Source of the DNA: Octopus vulgaris
Taxonomy: Eukaryota
Direction: 5' to 3'
NCBI GenBank assembly: GCA_951406725.2
Contig: OX597824.1
Coordinates: 14,570,001 to 14,634,000 of the forward strand
DNA length: 64,000 bases
Below are positions 12,519-25,708 of this stretch, piece after piece. Within the stretch, counting starts at the first letter, position 1; each line of letters begins with the position of its first letter. Under the pieces are notes generated by a model, which saw nothing but the letters and a program-made list of their open reading frames with translations, ran no database searches and was not told the DNA's origin. A program made the translations under genes and the position numbers.

Positions 12519-14744
12519 TTATAATTAAAATATCATTAACATTTTAACGTGTTTAGCTACAGGTAAGACCTCATCCAGTAGGTTGATTATGGTCAAAGGT
12601 ATTCAAAAACTAACAACGGTGCAGCTACTTAAAAGTGGTTGCTTGACCTATAAGGGTATTGAGCCAAAGCTTAAAATCTCACTCTAAAGACTTGGAAAAA
12701 AAAATTTTTTTAAATTTAAATAAGACACAGGGTTTGAATAAAAGATGGAGTGATCATGGCTGGAATATCTTTGATAATAACTGTTACATCAGGGCTGACC
12801 TGAAGCTAAGCAACAGCAAAACCACTTCATACCACATCAACAGCACTTCCCACCACCACACTAATCATTTAAATTATCTAATATCATGAAAACTAAAAAA
12901 GACAGGTTGTCAGCAGAGCTTGTCTGATGCCACCAGCACCACACTATATCGACCCTTTAGCATTCAGATTCTTCTGTCAAATGAAACGCGTATTTATTTA
13001 CATTGCTTGGAATTAATCGTGGATTCATCATCATCGTTTAACATCCGCTTTCCATGCTAGCATGGGTTGGACGATTTGACTGAGGTTTGGTGAACCAGAT
13101 GGCTGCACCAGACTCCAATCTTGATCTGGCAGAGTTTCTACAGCTGGATGCCCTTCCTAACGCCAACCACTCCGAGAGTGTAGTGGGTGCTTTTTACATG
13201 CCACCGGCACAGATTATCTTGTACTTTTGAGATTTTGACGATGTGACTATTTTTAGAATGACATTGTAAGGTGGATGTGAGAGGCAAGTTCTGGCCCGTG
13301 TGAATCTAAAACAGATAGAATATTTTGGCTGGATGAGGCCAGTTTAAATGCTAAAGGGTTAAGACAGAGCTATAGTTAACTGTATCTGTCTGTCAACCTA
13401 TATCTCCATCTATCTCTTGCCTCCATGAACTTTTTAAAGCCTATGAAACTTTTGAGAAAAAAAATTATTTTTAGATTTAAGATTTTTAAAGAATTTGTGA
13501 ATTATTCTAGAAAAATATTTTGAGGGCTTTTTGAAGTTTATTAACCCTTTGAGCCCTGACCTCTTGAACCTTATTTTACCATATACCTGGCACTCCACTG
13601 GTTCTACAGTATAGAGGAAAATAAACCATCCACCAGTAAACTGGTGTTACAGGCTCAAAGGGGTTAACATTTAAAAGAATTTTTTCTTTAAGCAATTTTT
13701 GAGATTTCTTAAAAAAAAAAAAAAAAAAAATTTTCTAAAAAATTTCCCCCCTTTGTTCTTAACTTCTTTCAATTTTAATCTATTCAGTTACAGTATTTCA
13801 TCTGCCTCTTTTACCTTTCCAATCTCTCCTGCCAATGGCATTACCCGGTTGTCTTACTACACTACAGTACAGCTAACTGTACTAGTCTACCTTTCTTGCA
13901 ATATGCTACACTTTTACAAACAGGAAACTAAGTTGTGGAGAATAAAACATACTTTCAACCATCTACGTCATGATTTCTATGGTTGAAATTATAAAATTGA
14001 AATTCTTTCCCTAACATTGCCCTATATTAAGACAGAGCTGTAGTTAATTGTCCAAGTCCGGTGTCGTCACCATTCACCATCAAGTCTATTGTATTCCAGC
14101 CACCTCTGCTTTCTTATTCATCTTTTAATTAGTCATATGATGTCTAGGCTCATTCTAATTATTTAATTCAATTTAACATAGTCTCTAGTCTAGGGCTGAT
14201 TCATTCATCTTTTAATTAATCCTTTTGTTACTATATTTGTAATTACAATATGTGTTGCAATTAAATTCTTAAATAATTGTAAATTTAGATTGGTTTCATA
14301 AAGCATCATCATCATCATTTAATGGCAGTCTTCCATGCTGGCATGGATCGGACAGTTTGACAGGAGCTGGCAAAAGCTGGAGGACTGAGTCAAGCTCAAC
14401 TGTCTGTTTTGGTAAGAGAAAGATTCTTTGAGAGTGGGATGTATATAGTGCCAAGTGATGAGAGGTTAGAGTTGGCAGAGGGAGAGAAACAGGGGAATAG
14501 GTGTCTTGCTGCAAAAGAGATAGATGGGTACCCCAGTCAGAGGGAGAGAAAGAGAAAGTGATCAAGAATGAGAGAGTGAGAGAAAGAGGAAGGGTGAGCA
14601 AGAGAGATGGTGGCAACATGCCAGGGTATACTCTTAAGGTATGGCGTGAGAATATAAATATGCTGGTAAAGCATTGCTAAAGGTGTATGAACAGGAAGTT
14701 CACACGAATGCAGTGAGTGGTGAAAACTGTGTGTGTGTGTGTGG

Positions 14745-14782
<38 letters not shown>

Positions 14783-14957
14783 TAGTACAAAGTAAGATAG
14801 GGGTTATGGGTGTAACCCACTAAGGGATAGCATTTATCCAATATACTGTTGGTAAAGTACCCAAATTCTTAATACACAAATGTTTTAATTGCAATGCAAT
14901 TAATTCATTTATTGTATTAAATGGGTAAAGGTAAAGAAATATTTTTACCGTAAATTC

Positions 14958-15101
14958 ATAATACAAATAAGAAAATGGAGAAACAAGTTTAGTTTGTTCA
15001 TCAACTTACGGATATTATAATGTTGGATTAATCCAACATTATAATATCCGTAAGTTGATGAACAAACTAAACTTGTTTCTCCATTTTCTTATTTGTATTA
15101 T
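14958..15101. repeat. Perfect spacerless palindrome, 72-bp arms
   Basis: Centre ggatt|aatcc at 15029/15030; arms checked by eye. Confidence 0.9.
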
Positions 15102-16506
15102 ATATATATACATATATATATATATAGTGGGGACAACAGGATAGCAATGATACAGTGAGCAGGGCAGTGAGGACAGAATTGGGCTGCAGGAGTGAAGAAG
15201 AAGAGCTAAAGAGATGTAGTTTGGTTTATTATGAAAAATTTATGTTACATGTGGGTGGAATAAGACAGCACTTCCAGAACTCAGTTTCACTGAGGTGGGT
15301 GGATCTCCTCATGAACCTCATATAGCCAGACATCTTGATATATTCTCATCTCCTCCGTGAGGCCCACCTTATTGATTTATTCAAGTGGTGTTTCAAAGAG
15401 AACTTAGATTCTTACATAAATCTACTTTGGAATTACTCTAACTATAGGTAAACAGAGATAAAAACCTGTAAAATATAAAGTTATTTAAATTTTATTTAAA
15501 TATTACCATATTAAAATGAGTTATTAACCAATATTATATTACATATCTAAGGTTGTGAGCTGGCAGAAAAGTTTAACACGCCGGGTGAAATGTTTAGCGG
15601 TATTTCGTCTGCTGCTATGTTCTGAGTTCAAATTCCGCCAAAGTCAACTTTGCTTTTCATCCTTTCGGGGTCGATTAAATAAGTACCAGTTACGCACTGG
15701 GGTAGATATAATCGACTTAATCCGTTTGTCCTTGTTTGTCCTCTCTGTGTTTAGCCCCTTGTGGGTAGTTATGAAATAGGTATTTCTCTTGTTGCTACAT
15801 TCTGAGTTCAAGTTCTACCGAGGTCAACTTTGCTTTTCATCCTTTTGTGGGGGTCAATAAATTAAGTACCAGTTGAATACTGGGGTCAATGTAATCGACT
15901 TAACCCCGCACCACAAATTTCAGACCTTGTGCTTATAGCAGAAAGGATTATATTTCATATCTACCTAAATGCTCACTATTATTATATTTACTGCAAAAGT
16001 GCTTAAACTTCATACGGTCTTCCTTTGTTTACAAATTGTGTAACAATTAGCCTCTGCCATTATTGTATGGGACACTTGGAATAAATGGAAATAAAAAGCC
16101 AATGGGTTGTGAGTCGCAGAAAAGACTGAGTTGGTTCCTTTGAAAAATTTTAGAAGAGAAATATTCTACAAAGTGTTTCTCTTCAACATCATTGTTTTTA
16201 CGACTGCTGCCCAACACGAGAATTAAGACATCCAATTTGGCCCATGTATTTTATGCTAGACACATTTTTGAAAATTCACTGCAAAATCAGTATTACTAAA
16301 ATTTTGCTGCAAGATCACTATTTCTAAATGTGAAGCTTGCATAATTTAAGAAAACAAAAAGATAGAATGTTATAGAAATACGAAAAAATTTAGAAAAAAA
16401 AGATTGCCAAAAAATTTAGAGACCACAAAATTCATGGTGTGAGAAAATGCTAGAAAAACCAGGTTATCTTCAATGCAGTAACAAGATTTACGTCAATATT
16501 TTAATT

Positions 16507-16987
16507 TAACCCTTTCATTACTGTATTTATTTTGAGATTTTCTGTGTTTCTTTCAATTAATTTTAAATATAATAAAGAATTTAGTAAAATAACTTAGTTA
16601 TCATTAATCTAGCGTTAGGAACATAAATTGTGACTAAGGTTTGGTGAAAGATTTTAATTCAAAACTTATGAAAACAAGACATTTATAATAAAGAGCCAGA
16701 GCCAGTTTTAGCCGGGTTGGTACCAAAAAGGTTAAGAATTGTTTCTCTATTACATATTTTAACCCTTTTGTCACCATATTTCTGTTGAGATGCTCTGTGT
16801 ATCTTTCAATAACTTTAGATATAACAAAGAATTTAGTAAAATAACTTTGTTATCATTAAGCTAGTGTTAGGAATATAAATTGTGACTAAGGTTTGGTGAA
16901 AGATTTTAATTCAAAACTTATAAAAACAAGACATTTGTACTATAGAGCCAGAGGTGGTTTCAGCTGGGTTAGTAACGAAAGGGTTAA
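16507..16987 (+). mobile_element. Two tandem TTAA-flanked (piggyBac-like) MITEs
   Basis: ttaacccttt...aaa(g/a)ggttaa termini on two ~230-bp units; relatives near 502-715, 26457-26705, 54310-54754. Confidence 0.72.
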
Positions 16988-17258
16988 ATATGAAAAAGTA
17001 AAACCCAAGCCTTTTTAGTATCTTATGACCATAAGCAGTTTAGTAATCAAAAGGATAAATTATATTGTTTGTAATCTAGATATAATTTATTCATTATTCT
17101 AATTAAACATTTTTAGTCTAATTGTAACTTTTTCATTCTTTTATGGTCTCTAGCATAGACTTTTTTTTTTACAAATTAGATAAACGCATTACAATTATTG
17201 TGTTAATAGTTCACATTTAAATACATAGTTTTGGTAGGCGAGACCTTTATATACTTAC

Positions 17259-17319
17259 AGTATATACATCTGTAGCAAACTTTTTCATCATTTCCCTCAT
17301 ACTCTCTGAAAAGTGGCCA
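17259..17319 (-). CDS. UBR2: UBR1/2 exon (61 nt)
   Basis: SGHFSESMREMMKKFATDVYT; phase 2-0. Confidence 0.9.
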
Positions 17320-17414
17320 CTATAAAACAAAATAATTCACATTAGGTATTAGCATTACTGAATTCTCAAAGATGTGCTGAATTAATTTAGGTCTGTAGCA
17401 AATTATATATATAA

Positions 17415-17975
17415 TGAAATTATTGTATACAGTGCTCAGGTGCACCACAACTTGTCAAAAAAGTGCGTATAAAGCATATGCAGTAATGTACAAATGTCTG
17501 GAAAGTGAACAGTGTATGAGTCAGATACATGCTTGCATGTGTATGGAGGGGAGAAAATCAGGTGTAGTGTTGGCGAATCTCAGGAAGCCTAGAAGTTTTG
17601 AAGGATGCAGTGCTCCGACAACTAACAACTGATGCCGGCAATTTGTTCCATACTTCAGCAACTCTTAGCGTGAAAAAATGTTTCTGAAAGTCATGGGAGC
17701 TGTGCTGTTTTCTGACTTTGTAAACATGTCCACGGGTGTTAGACAGGTGGAGTTTGAAAAGGTGCTCAGAGTTATTGTTTGTAAGATGGTTAATAATTTT
17801 ATGGGTGTCTGCCAATCAGCTGCCAGACGTCGAAGTTTCAATGTGTCCATGCCCAGGGAAGTAAGGCGTTCAGAATATGGCAAATGCCTGATGGAGGGTA
17901 TTCTCTTGGTTGCACATTGCTGAACAGCTTCCAGACGATTAATATCCTGGGCACGAGATAGGGGTTCCAGTTATG
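17415..17975 (-). mobile_element. CR1-like LINE 3' fragment
   Basis: PYSERLTSLGMDTLKLRRL..TRGHVYKV..FFTLRVAEVWNKLPASVV; frameshifted. Confidence 0.85.
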
Positions 17976-18183
17976 ATATAACTGAATAAACCTCAGTATA
18001 TTTCTGGTACTTATTTAATTGATTCTGGTTCAATTTGAAATCTTAAGCATAAAAGGATGAGACTAAAATATCATGAGCACATACTAGTTTTTACACATAA
18101 CTACATTCTAAAATAATTTATTATGTGAGAACATAGTGAAGTGCAATGCAGTTAAATGGATGAACTGCCAAGAAATGTCTTAC

Positions 18184-18295
18184 CTATTGTCATCATAAAC
18201 ATAGTTCCATAACAGAGTGAAGTTCTTGGCAACACTTTCAGCCATTAGTTTTGTTATCGTGGAAATAGGACAGGGTTGGAACAGTAAGCTCTCAT
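18184..18295 (-). CDS. UBR2: UBR1/2 exon (112 nt)
   Basis: DESLLFQPCPISTITKLMAESVAKNFTLLWNYVYDDN; phase 1-2. Confidence 0.88.
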
Positions 18296-18879
18296 CTACA
18301 ATGGGAAATATATAGAAGTTCTTGATAAACAATAGAATTACAGATAAAATACTACAAGTTTTATTTACAAGCAACACCTAGAAGAAATAGTTCTGATTAT
18401 AAACATTGGAAAGATAAAAACAACATACACCCAAGTAGGGTATGAATTCTGAATATAACTAAAACCAAATACAAGACATTTTGTTTGAGACTAACAATTC
18501 TTTTAGCCACCACCCTAAAATAAATGGAAATCATTAAGCATTTTAAAGATTTTTGATATAATGCCTGGCTGTAGTTTATTTATAGAGAAAATCTGATGAA
18601 TGAATTAACTAAGATTTTCAGTATAAAACAAAAACATAATTGCCTGGCAATCAATATATATGTGGTTCAAATCCTCAAATCCTGTCAAAGGGCCTGTTTG
18701 CTTTTCACTGTCTGAAGTGTTGTTGTTTATAATGTTTAATAAAATATTAGTTGTGGGAGAAAACTTAGTGTAATCAAGTGAAAAGACAAACATGAATATT
18801 ATGATATGGATTTCAAGGTTGAAGACATTTGAAAATATAAATAAGATAAACAGAGTAAACAAGAACGAAATTTCTCAAC

Positions 18880-18983
18880 CTTCAGACTCTTTATCAACAG
18901 CAGCTTTGACACTGGCTTGCACAGTTTTCTGGATGCCATCTAACCAATCATTGAAGCTGAGATCCACTGCCTTCTGTTGGTCA
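18880..18983 (-). CDS. UBR2: UBR1/2 exon (104 nt)
   Basis: DQQKAVDLSFNDWLDGIQKTVQASVKAAVDKESE; phase 2-1. Confidence 0.88.
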
Positions 18984-20319
18984 CTGGAATACAGACCAAA
19001 GCAAAGATATGGGACTTATGTAAACAAACAGTAGCAATTAAAAAGGAAATATTTCATAATATTTTAAATAATCAAATATTAAAAAAAAAAACGTACATCA
19101 AATGGAAATTGTAGTTGTGATGCCTGTGCCGGTGGCACGTAAAAAGCACCAACTGATCGTGGCCACTGCCAGCCTCCCCTGGAACGTGTGCCGGTGGCAT
19201 ATAAAAAGCTGTAGAAACACTGCCAGATCAGACTGGAGCCTGGTGCAGCCTCCTGGCTTCCCAGACCCCGATCAAACCATCCAACCCGTGCTAGCACGGA
19301 AAACGGACGTTAAACGATGATGATGTATCATTAGTGAAACTAACTTTACTCTTACACCATTGGTGTATCTTGATTCTACATAACACCAACTCTTTTGTAA
19401 CTCTTTCCAAAATGGTTTTTCATTCTTCTATCATTTTGTGCATCTTTAGCAAAGATCTCTATATTGGTAATAATGCCTGTGTGTTTTTGTAATTTAAAAC
19501 TATTTGCTCAGATAAAATATGCACAGAATTTGTTAAATGACTCTCCTTATGCTTTGCCTCTGCACATGCAGAAATTAGTGAACAGTTCATAATAAGTACA
19601 CATACCAAGGAGAAAAACTGTCGTCATTTATTTGCACTTCATCATTTAATGTCTGTTATACATACTGGCATGGGTTGGATAGTATGACCAGAAATGGCCA
19701 GCTAGGGGAGTTACACCACACTCCAGTTTGATTTGACAGTTTCTACAGCTGGATGCTCTTCCTAACACCAACCACTTTACAGAGTGTGCTGGGCACTTTT
19801 ACATGTTGCCGCTCGGGCACTTTTAAGTGCCACCACTCGGGTGCTTTTATGTGTCACTGCCACAAGTGCTTTACACCACCAGAAGGATTGGTCTTAACCC
19901 TTCTGCTGCAGAATACGGGTCTTCTTGAGTATGACCAGGCATCAGGTATCTCGGTCCTTTGTAATCTAACACACTGTCTGATAAGATTCTTTGCCACTAG
20001 CCCCTCTTTTCCACTCTTTCCAAGCTTGTCTTTTCTCTTTTACAGTCCTGTCAGCGTCACTGTTCTACCATCATGTCACCCTTGGTCTGGCAGGGACTTT
20101 GCTCCAACCACAAATCTGGTCTGTTGCCCTTAGATTGTCCAATAAGATCATCCAATTGTCCTCTTTGTCATATTTCTCTTGTATGAAATCAGAAGTTTAA
20201 ATTACATCACACAATCTCTCTCTCTCTCTCTCTCTTGAAGCGACAGAGAGAAAGAAAAAAAGAAGGCCAAGTTTATAAACTAAACTACTAACAGCAACCA
20301 ATAACCATTGTTAACTTAC

Positions 20320-20499
20320 ATGTCACATCCTGTAGCAACTGTCCTTAATGTGCTCAACGGTGGTAACATAGGAATCACAGTATTGCTAATTGCTCCACAT
20401 AGGGGACACAAAAATTCTAACTTTTCAATGTTGTAACTACAGGTATTTCGGTATCTGAAGGGTCTGCGACGTTCTTTTGCTGCGATGGCATCAAAATAT
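20320..20499 (-). CDS. UBR2: UBR1/2 exon (180 nt, RING-H2 end)
   Basis: YFDAIAAKERRRPFRY...EFLCPLCGAISNTVIPMLPP...; phase 2-2. Confidence 0.94.
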
Positions 20500-20980
20500 C
20501 TACAAGAGAAAGGAACAAACAACAGTAATTATATCTCTCTTTATAAGGGATTTAGAAAATAATTTACTAAATGGCTTTAAATTGTATCTGAAGCGATAAA
20601 TTTGGGTAACAGGAACAAGCGCAGAGTTATGTTCCTTGCTAAAGGGTTCAACACGATGTTATATGATACCTTAATTCACTTTTAATTGGGACCCTTACAA
20701 GAGTTGCATTTGGCATGATTTTTGTTTACATTCGAATAAATTGTTTCTGCTACTGTGAGTTCAATCCTCAACTCAAACTGGCAGAAAAGGTCCCTAATTT
20801 TAGAGCAGGCCTAAACATATATGAATATGATTAAATGGTGCATGTAGAATAGAAACAGTGATGGCATGGTTAAATTTGAACTCTGGATCAAATTGCATAG
20901 ATTTGTACCTTAACCATGTTCGTGCAAAAATATATATAAATATATTATGGAAACTGTCGAATATTTTAAAAGTGAATCAC

Positions 20981-21118
20981 CTTTGCCAACAGTCAGCATG
21001 CATCACATGACCACAAGAGCTGGTGTGAGTTCCACAAAAAAGGTCTGAAGACATAAATAAGGGATCTTCATCTTCGTTGTTTATGTGTTTGCCTCTTGAT
21101 TGAGATAAAACAGAAGAC
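20981..21118 (-). CDS. UBR2: UBR1/2 exon (138 nt, RING-H2)
   Basis: [10 protein letters not shown]...[29 protein letters not shown]; phase 2-2. Confidence 0.95.
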
Positions 21119-21612
21119 CTGAAATTTAGAAAATTACAACAATATAAACAAATATAAAACCAAAATTACAAAACAAAAAAATAACCAACAAAAAAAAAAA
21201 ACTAAGTATGGTTAAGTATTTTAATATTCCACAATTATTTCAAAAATGATTCTCAATTATTTGATATATAAAAAAGAAACAAATTAATTAAATTAATGAC
21301 AACCTCAGTGATATAGTATGCATTAACCTATGTGAAAGCCCCAATCTGTTCAAATTTAGTGCCCTTAGATGTTACAAGATCAAATGTACAGTACAGTCTA
21401 ACATTTAAACCTGGGGTCAGTATTTTCTTGATCTTTTTTCATAACATCCAAGTATAATGCTACCCTCTGATTTTCGCTGTTGTTTTATATTAGACCTCTT
21501 ATATTATCATACATGGGTAAATATGGCTGTTACTTCATGAGAATTTCTAGATAATGAAGTTATTAACCGAGGGAGATTTTTATTATAAAAATTAGTACAG
21601 ACGTACACTTAC

Positions 21613-21768
21613 CTTTGTACAAGGGCTGAAAGAACCATTACACGTGCATTGTAAGAAATCTCTTGGTCTTCTTGACACAGAATACACACAGCTTTAATGG
21701 GGACTACATTGTTGGTGCTAGTTTGTCCACAACCCAATGCAACAGGGAAAGGAGTAGATGTAAGTTCA
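21613..21768 (-). CDS. UBR2: UBR1/2 exon (156 nt, RING-H2 start)
   Basis: ELTSTPFPVALGCG...AVCILCQEDQEISYNARVMVLSALVQR; phase 2-2. Confidence 0.94.
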
Positions 21769-21889
21769 CTGGAAGAACAAAAAACACTGTACCCAATAAA
21801 TTAAAAAAATTAAAACAACAACTGAATGTACAAAACTACTTAGAGAGATAATAAATCTCTGAGCGAGGTATAAACAGTGGCTGCACAAC

Positions 21890-21991
21890 ATCGTGAAGTA
21901 TATTTGCCACTTAAATGTGGCTAACCCTTAAGGGTGGATGCATCCACCCTTAAGGGTTAGCCACATTTAAGTGGCAAATATACTTCACGAT
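21890..21991. repeat. Perfect spacerless palindrome, 51-bp arms, inside an insertion with a 12-bp flanking direct repeat
   Basis: Centre ggatg|catcc; tacttagagaga at 21837-21848 and 21991-22002. Confidence 0.9.
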
Positions 21992-22785
21992 ACTTAGAGA
22001 GACTCTTTCACCAATTTCTACCAAATGGACTAAATCTATTTTTAGTGTCTGCTTGATTGGTAGTCTTGTAATTCATCAATTAATTATAACATTTTCAAAT
22101 GGTCTATTCACTGAATTAATAATCTTGAAAGATTAATTATTATTAAACATTCGTGTTGTAGAATATCACAAGTTTTACATACTTCCTGTATCTTGTGACT
22201 TAACTGCACAAGGAGTTTGATGCAGGGAGCCTGGTTATGCATCTGAATATGGCTTCTAGTAGAACCAGGTATGACTTCGGCATTATTTGGATGCACAAAT
22301 TCTTACAGGTGCTTATATTTGTCGCCGCACAGGTGCTTTTACGTGCCACCACGAGTGCTTTTACGTGTCGCCACATGAGTGCTTTTACGTATCACCACAT
22401 GAGTGCTTTTCAGTGTTGTCGCATGGGCACTTTACACAACTACAAGGATAAGTGTTAACACTTCTGCTACGGGGTACAGGTCTTCTTGAGTACAGCCAGG
22501 TACCCTATCTTGATCCTTTCTCATCTCACTTGAAAGGTTCAGCTTCCTGAGGTCGTGCTTCAGTACTTCATCCCAGGTCTTTCTGGGTCTCACACTTTGA
22601 GAGATTGGCACCTTTTTTTATGGAGCTTTCAGCATCCCTAAGTAAATAATTACTACCCCAAAGGTAATAACTAATAAAGTTGCCCTCCAACAGCAGAACA
22701 CAAAGCATCAAGCTAGCTAATATAACTATACCCAACACTACACCACCTCCACTATTGTACAAGTGTAAAAATAACAAAACCGAAC

Positions 22786-23033
22786 CTCAAATCCATGTCT
22801 GACCAAGCTGAGGTCAGGCCGGATGTGGCCATCTCACAGAGAGTAGGATTGTCTTGAATAAAGCTTCGTTGCATTGCAGACAGCTGTGACATAATCCGTT
22901 GCCGCCGTTTAGCCGCCAACTCGGCCTTCTTCTTCTTCTCCTGCTCTCTTTTAACATCGTAAGTACTGCTCAGATTGTTTATACTGGAAATACTTTCAAA
23001 TTCATTCTCCATTTTCCTCACAGCAGAAAATTT
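22786..23033 (-). CDS. UBR2: UBR1/2 exon (248 nt, basic E2-binding region)
   Basis: KFSAVRKMENE...KKKKAELAAKRRQRIMSQLSAMQRSFIQDN...DMDL; phase 0-2. Confidence 0.95.
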
Positions 23034-23981
23034 CTGCAAAAAAATTGAATAAACAAAGGATTCAGTTACCTGTCAGTTTACAACTCACAAGTAGTTAGAA
23101 CAGAAGCATATATTGCAGGTTACAGGTTTTAGTCAACTGATAAGATCCCAATATTTTATTGGTCTTAAAACAGCGAAGTAGATCTAAGTGAGATTTGATC
23201 ACAGAACCTAAACAAAATACTACAAGGTATTTTCATCCAGTATTTTACAGAGTTTATCATTTGCCTAATGTACAATAAATATTTTGTTCCTCCAGGTTCA
23301 AAGCCTTATACAATTTAATCATTCAATTTTAAGAATTAAAGTAAACTTGTAAATATTTAGCAGAAGAATACATATTAACATGCATACAGATATATTAGTC
23401 TTTAATACTTTTGCCACTACATACTTCAAGTTTGAAAAAAAATTTGGAAGGATTTAAGTAAAATACCAAAATTTTTCATTTATTGGTGTATTAATCTGAT
23501 GTAACTAAAAAAAAACAATTACATATATTCCTCATCATCATCATCGTTTAAATTCGGTTTTCCATGCTGGCATGGATTGGATGGTTTGACTGCGGTCAGG
23601 AGAGCCAGCGGCTGCACCAGGCTCCAATCTGATCTGGCAATGTTTCTACAGATGGATACCTTTCCTAATGCTAACCACTCCAAGAGTGTAGTGGGTGCTT
23701 TTTACGCGCTGGATACTCTTCCTGGCACAGGAGCCAGTCGGCCAGGCCTGGCATCGATCACTTCGGATGGTGCTTTTTACGTACCACCAGCACAAGATTT
23801 TGTATTGGTTTTATAAAATACAAAAAAGAGATGGTCTTATATGGGTTGGTATCAAAAAGGTTCAAAAGGTTTAAACTATTAATCCTTAACAGAAAAAAGT
23901 TGGCTCATTTCAGGAAGAAATGTTTTAATATCATGTCAATTTCTTCTAGCAGGTAAAAATTAGAACTGTTATTCTACTCAC

Positions 23982-24076
23982 ATTAAGAACCCATTTGAGG
24001 AGCTTGCTCTGATATTCATGAGTAAGATTCTCACTGCCAACAACACTATGTAATAACTTGAGAATATTCTGACCAT
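23982..24076 (-). CDS. UBR2: UBR1/2 exon (95 nt)
   Basis: DGQNILKLLHSVVGSENLTHEYQSKLLKWVLN; phase 1-0. Confidence 0.9.
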
Positions 24077-24257
24077 CTGCAATAAAAATAAAAGACTTTA
24101 TTAAAAATACTGCAACTAGAAGAATCCGAGGGGGGAAAAAATGTAATTACTATATTAGCAGAGGCATAAAAGCTACGTCTGGTTTAACCAGCTTACACAC
24201 ACACACACACGCAAATTTCTCGTTACATCACAAAAAATAAAAACAAATTTGGAATAC

Positions 24258-24348
24258 CTTTTGTAGCTTTCGCAAGAAACTCAAAAGGCTCGTTGTTTTC
24301 ATAGGCTGCCTTCTGTTCATGGAGAGCCAGTCCAATTAGATGCATTAC
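24258..24348 (-). CDS. UBR2: UBR1/2 exon (91 nt)
   Basis: VMHLIGLALHEQKAAYENNEPFEFLAKATK; phase 0-1. Confidence 0.93.
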
Positions 24349-24806
24349 CTGAGTAAAAATTGATAGCAAAAATGTATAACAACAGTAACAATAGAAATAG
24401 CAGATAAGGGGTAAAAATAAAGCTTGACAAAGCAAAATGATATATCGTTAATAAGGGTCAACAGGAAAATCTCTACATAATTGTCTGATTTGCCAAATAC
24501 ATTAGCCAAAGTTTTCTCAAATCATACCATAACATCTTAAAAATAGTATATGTTGAATAATGTAGTCTTACATGCACTATCTGAATTAAAAGGTGAGAAA
24601 GTTACAACCAGAATATTTATGCCAGGTAACTGTGCCGCCACTGCCACCATCATCATCATCATAATCTAAAATTTGCTTTCCATGGTAGCATGGGTTGGAT
24701 GGTTGGACAGGAGCTGGTAAAGCCAGGGTGTCATTGTCTGTTTTGACATGCTTTCTATGGTTGGATGTCCTCCCTAATACCAACCACTTTAGAGTGTATG
24801 GGGTAC

Positions 24807-25002
24807 TTTTTACGTGACACCATCACCAGGTGCTTCTTACGTGACGCCATCACCAGGTGCTTTTCACGTGACGCCATCACCAGGTGCTTTTCACGTGACA
24901 CCATCACCAGGTGCTTCTTACGTGACACCATCACCAGGTGCTTTTTACGTGACACCATCACCAGGTGCTTTTCACGTGACACCATCACCAGGTGCTTTTT
25001 AT
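24807..25002. repeat. 27-bp minisatellite, ~7 copies, expanded from the family C internal unit
   Basis: Unit (c/t)acgtgac(a/g)ccatcaccaggtgcttt; adjoins a family C copy. Confidence 0.9.
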
Positions 25003-25096
25003 GCGCCTCATATATAAACAATTGTGTTCTTAATCAACAACCTCATATCCATTGCTGACATTTACATAAACGGCAATGTTAAATAATAATACATAC

Positions 25097-25251
25097 CCTT
25101 TCAAATTGAGTCTCGGACCATGATCTGGAGCGTTCAGCAGCTGTTCGAGACAGTACAATTGTCATTATATGGATCATTACATCACAACTCAATACATTCC
25201 GTACTCCAGCAAATAATTTACAGAACCGAGGAGGGGCTGGTGGTGGCAGAG
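25097..25251 (-). CDS. UBR2: UBR1/2 exon (155 nt)
   Basis: ALPPPAPPRFCKLFAGVRNVLSCDVMIHIMTIVLSRTAAERSRSWSETQFER; phase 1-0. Confidence 0.94.
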
Positions 25252-25492
25252 CTGTTGAGAGAAGTAAAACAAGATGAGTTGGCAGATTCCTTTACATGAA
25301 AGTTCATACAAACACAGTAAATTCTAAAACTAAGCTTTCACTATTAATTTCTTTCACTGACTTAAAACAGCATGTTTTGGAGAAGAGTACAGTTGGTTAT
25401 ATCAACCCAAGTACTTGACTGGTACTTTATTTTATCAACCCTGAAAGGATAAAAGGCAAGGTAGAACCAAATAGGATTTAAATTTAGCTTAC

Positions 25493-25541
25493 CTCGATCT
25501 TCTCCGGCTTGCTTCTTTTTCTTCATTTGGCTTTCTTCAGA
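25493..25541 (-). CDS. UBR2: UBR1/2 exon (49 nt)
   Basis: SEESQMKKKKQAGEDR; phase 0-1. Confidence 0.92.
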
Positions 25542-25708
25542 CTGCAAGAAATATATAAAGATTATTATCAAGATGTCCATCAATATTGTTGAGAAGGTTG
25601 ACTAAGACTTCAGACAGTGTTTGTTCTACAGCAAGTATTATATTGATGTCAGTGATAATAAAATAAATGATAATGCTTAGTATTAAAAAATCTGATTGTC
25701 AAAGTAGT

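Noticed and set aside
15416-15465. 50-nt segment with good acceptor (ttttacag) and donor (gtaaga) on the minus strand, possible poison exon
   Set aside because: Stops in all three frames and not needed for the ORF; such matches are common in AT-rich introns and there is no independent support.
24755-25058. Repetitive ORFs (RDTITRCF)n / (KHLVMVSR)n
   Set aside because: Translation of a 27-bp minisatellite derived from repeat family C.
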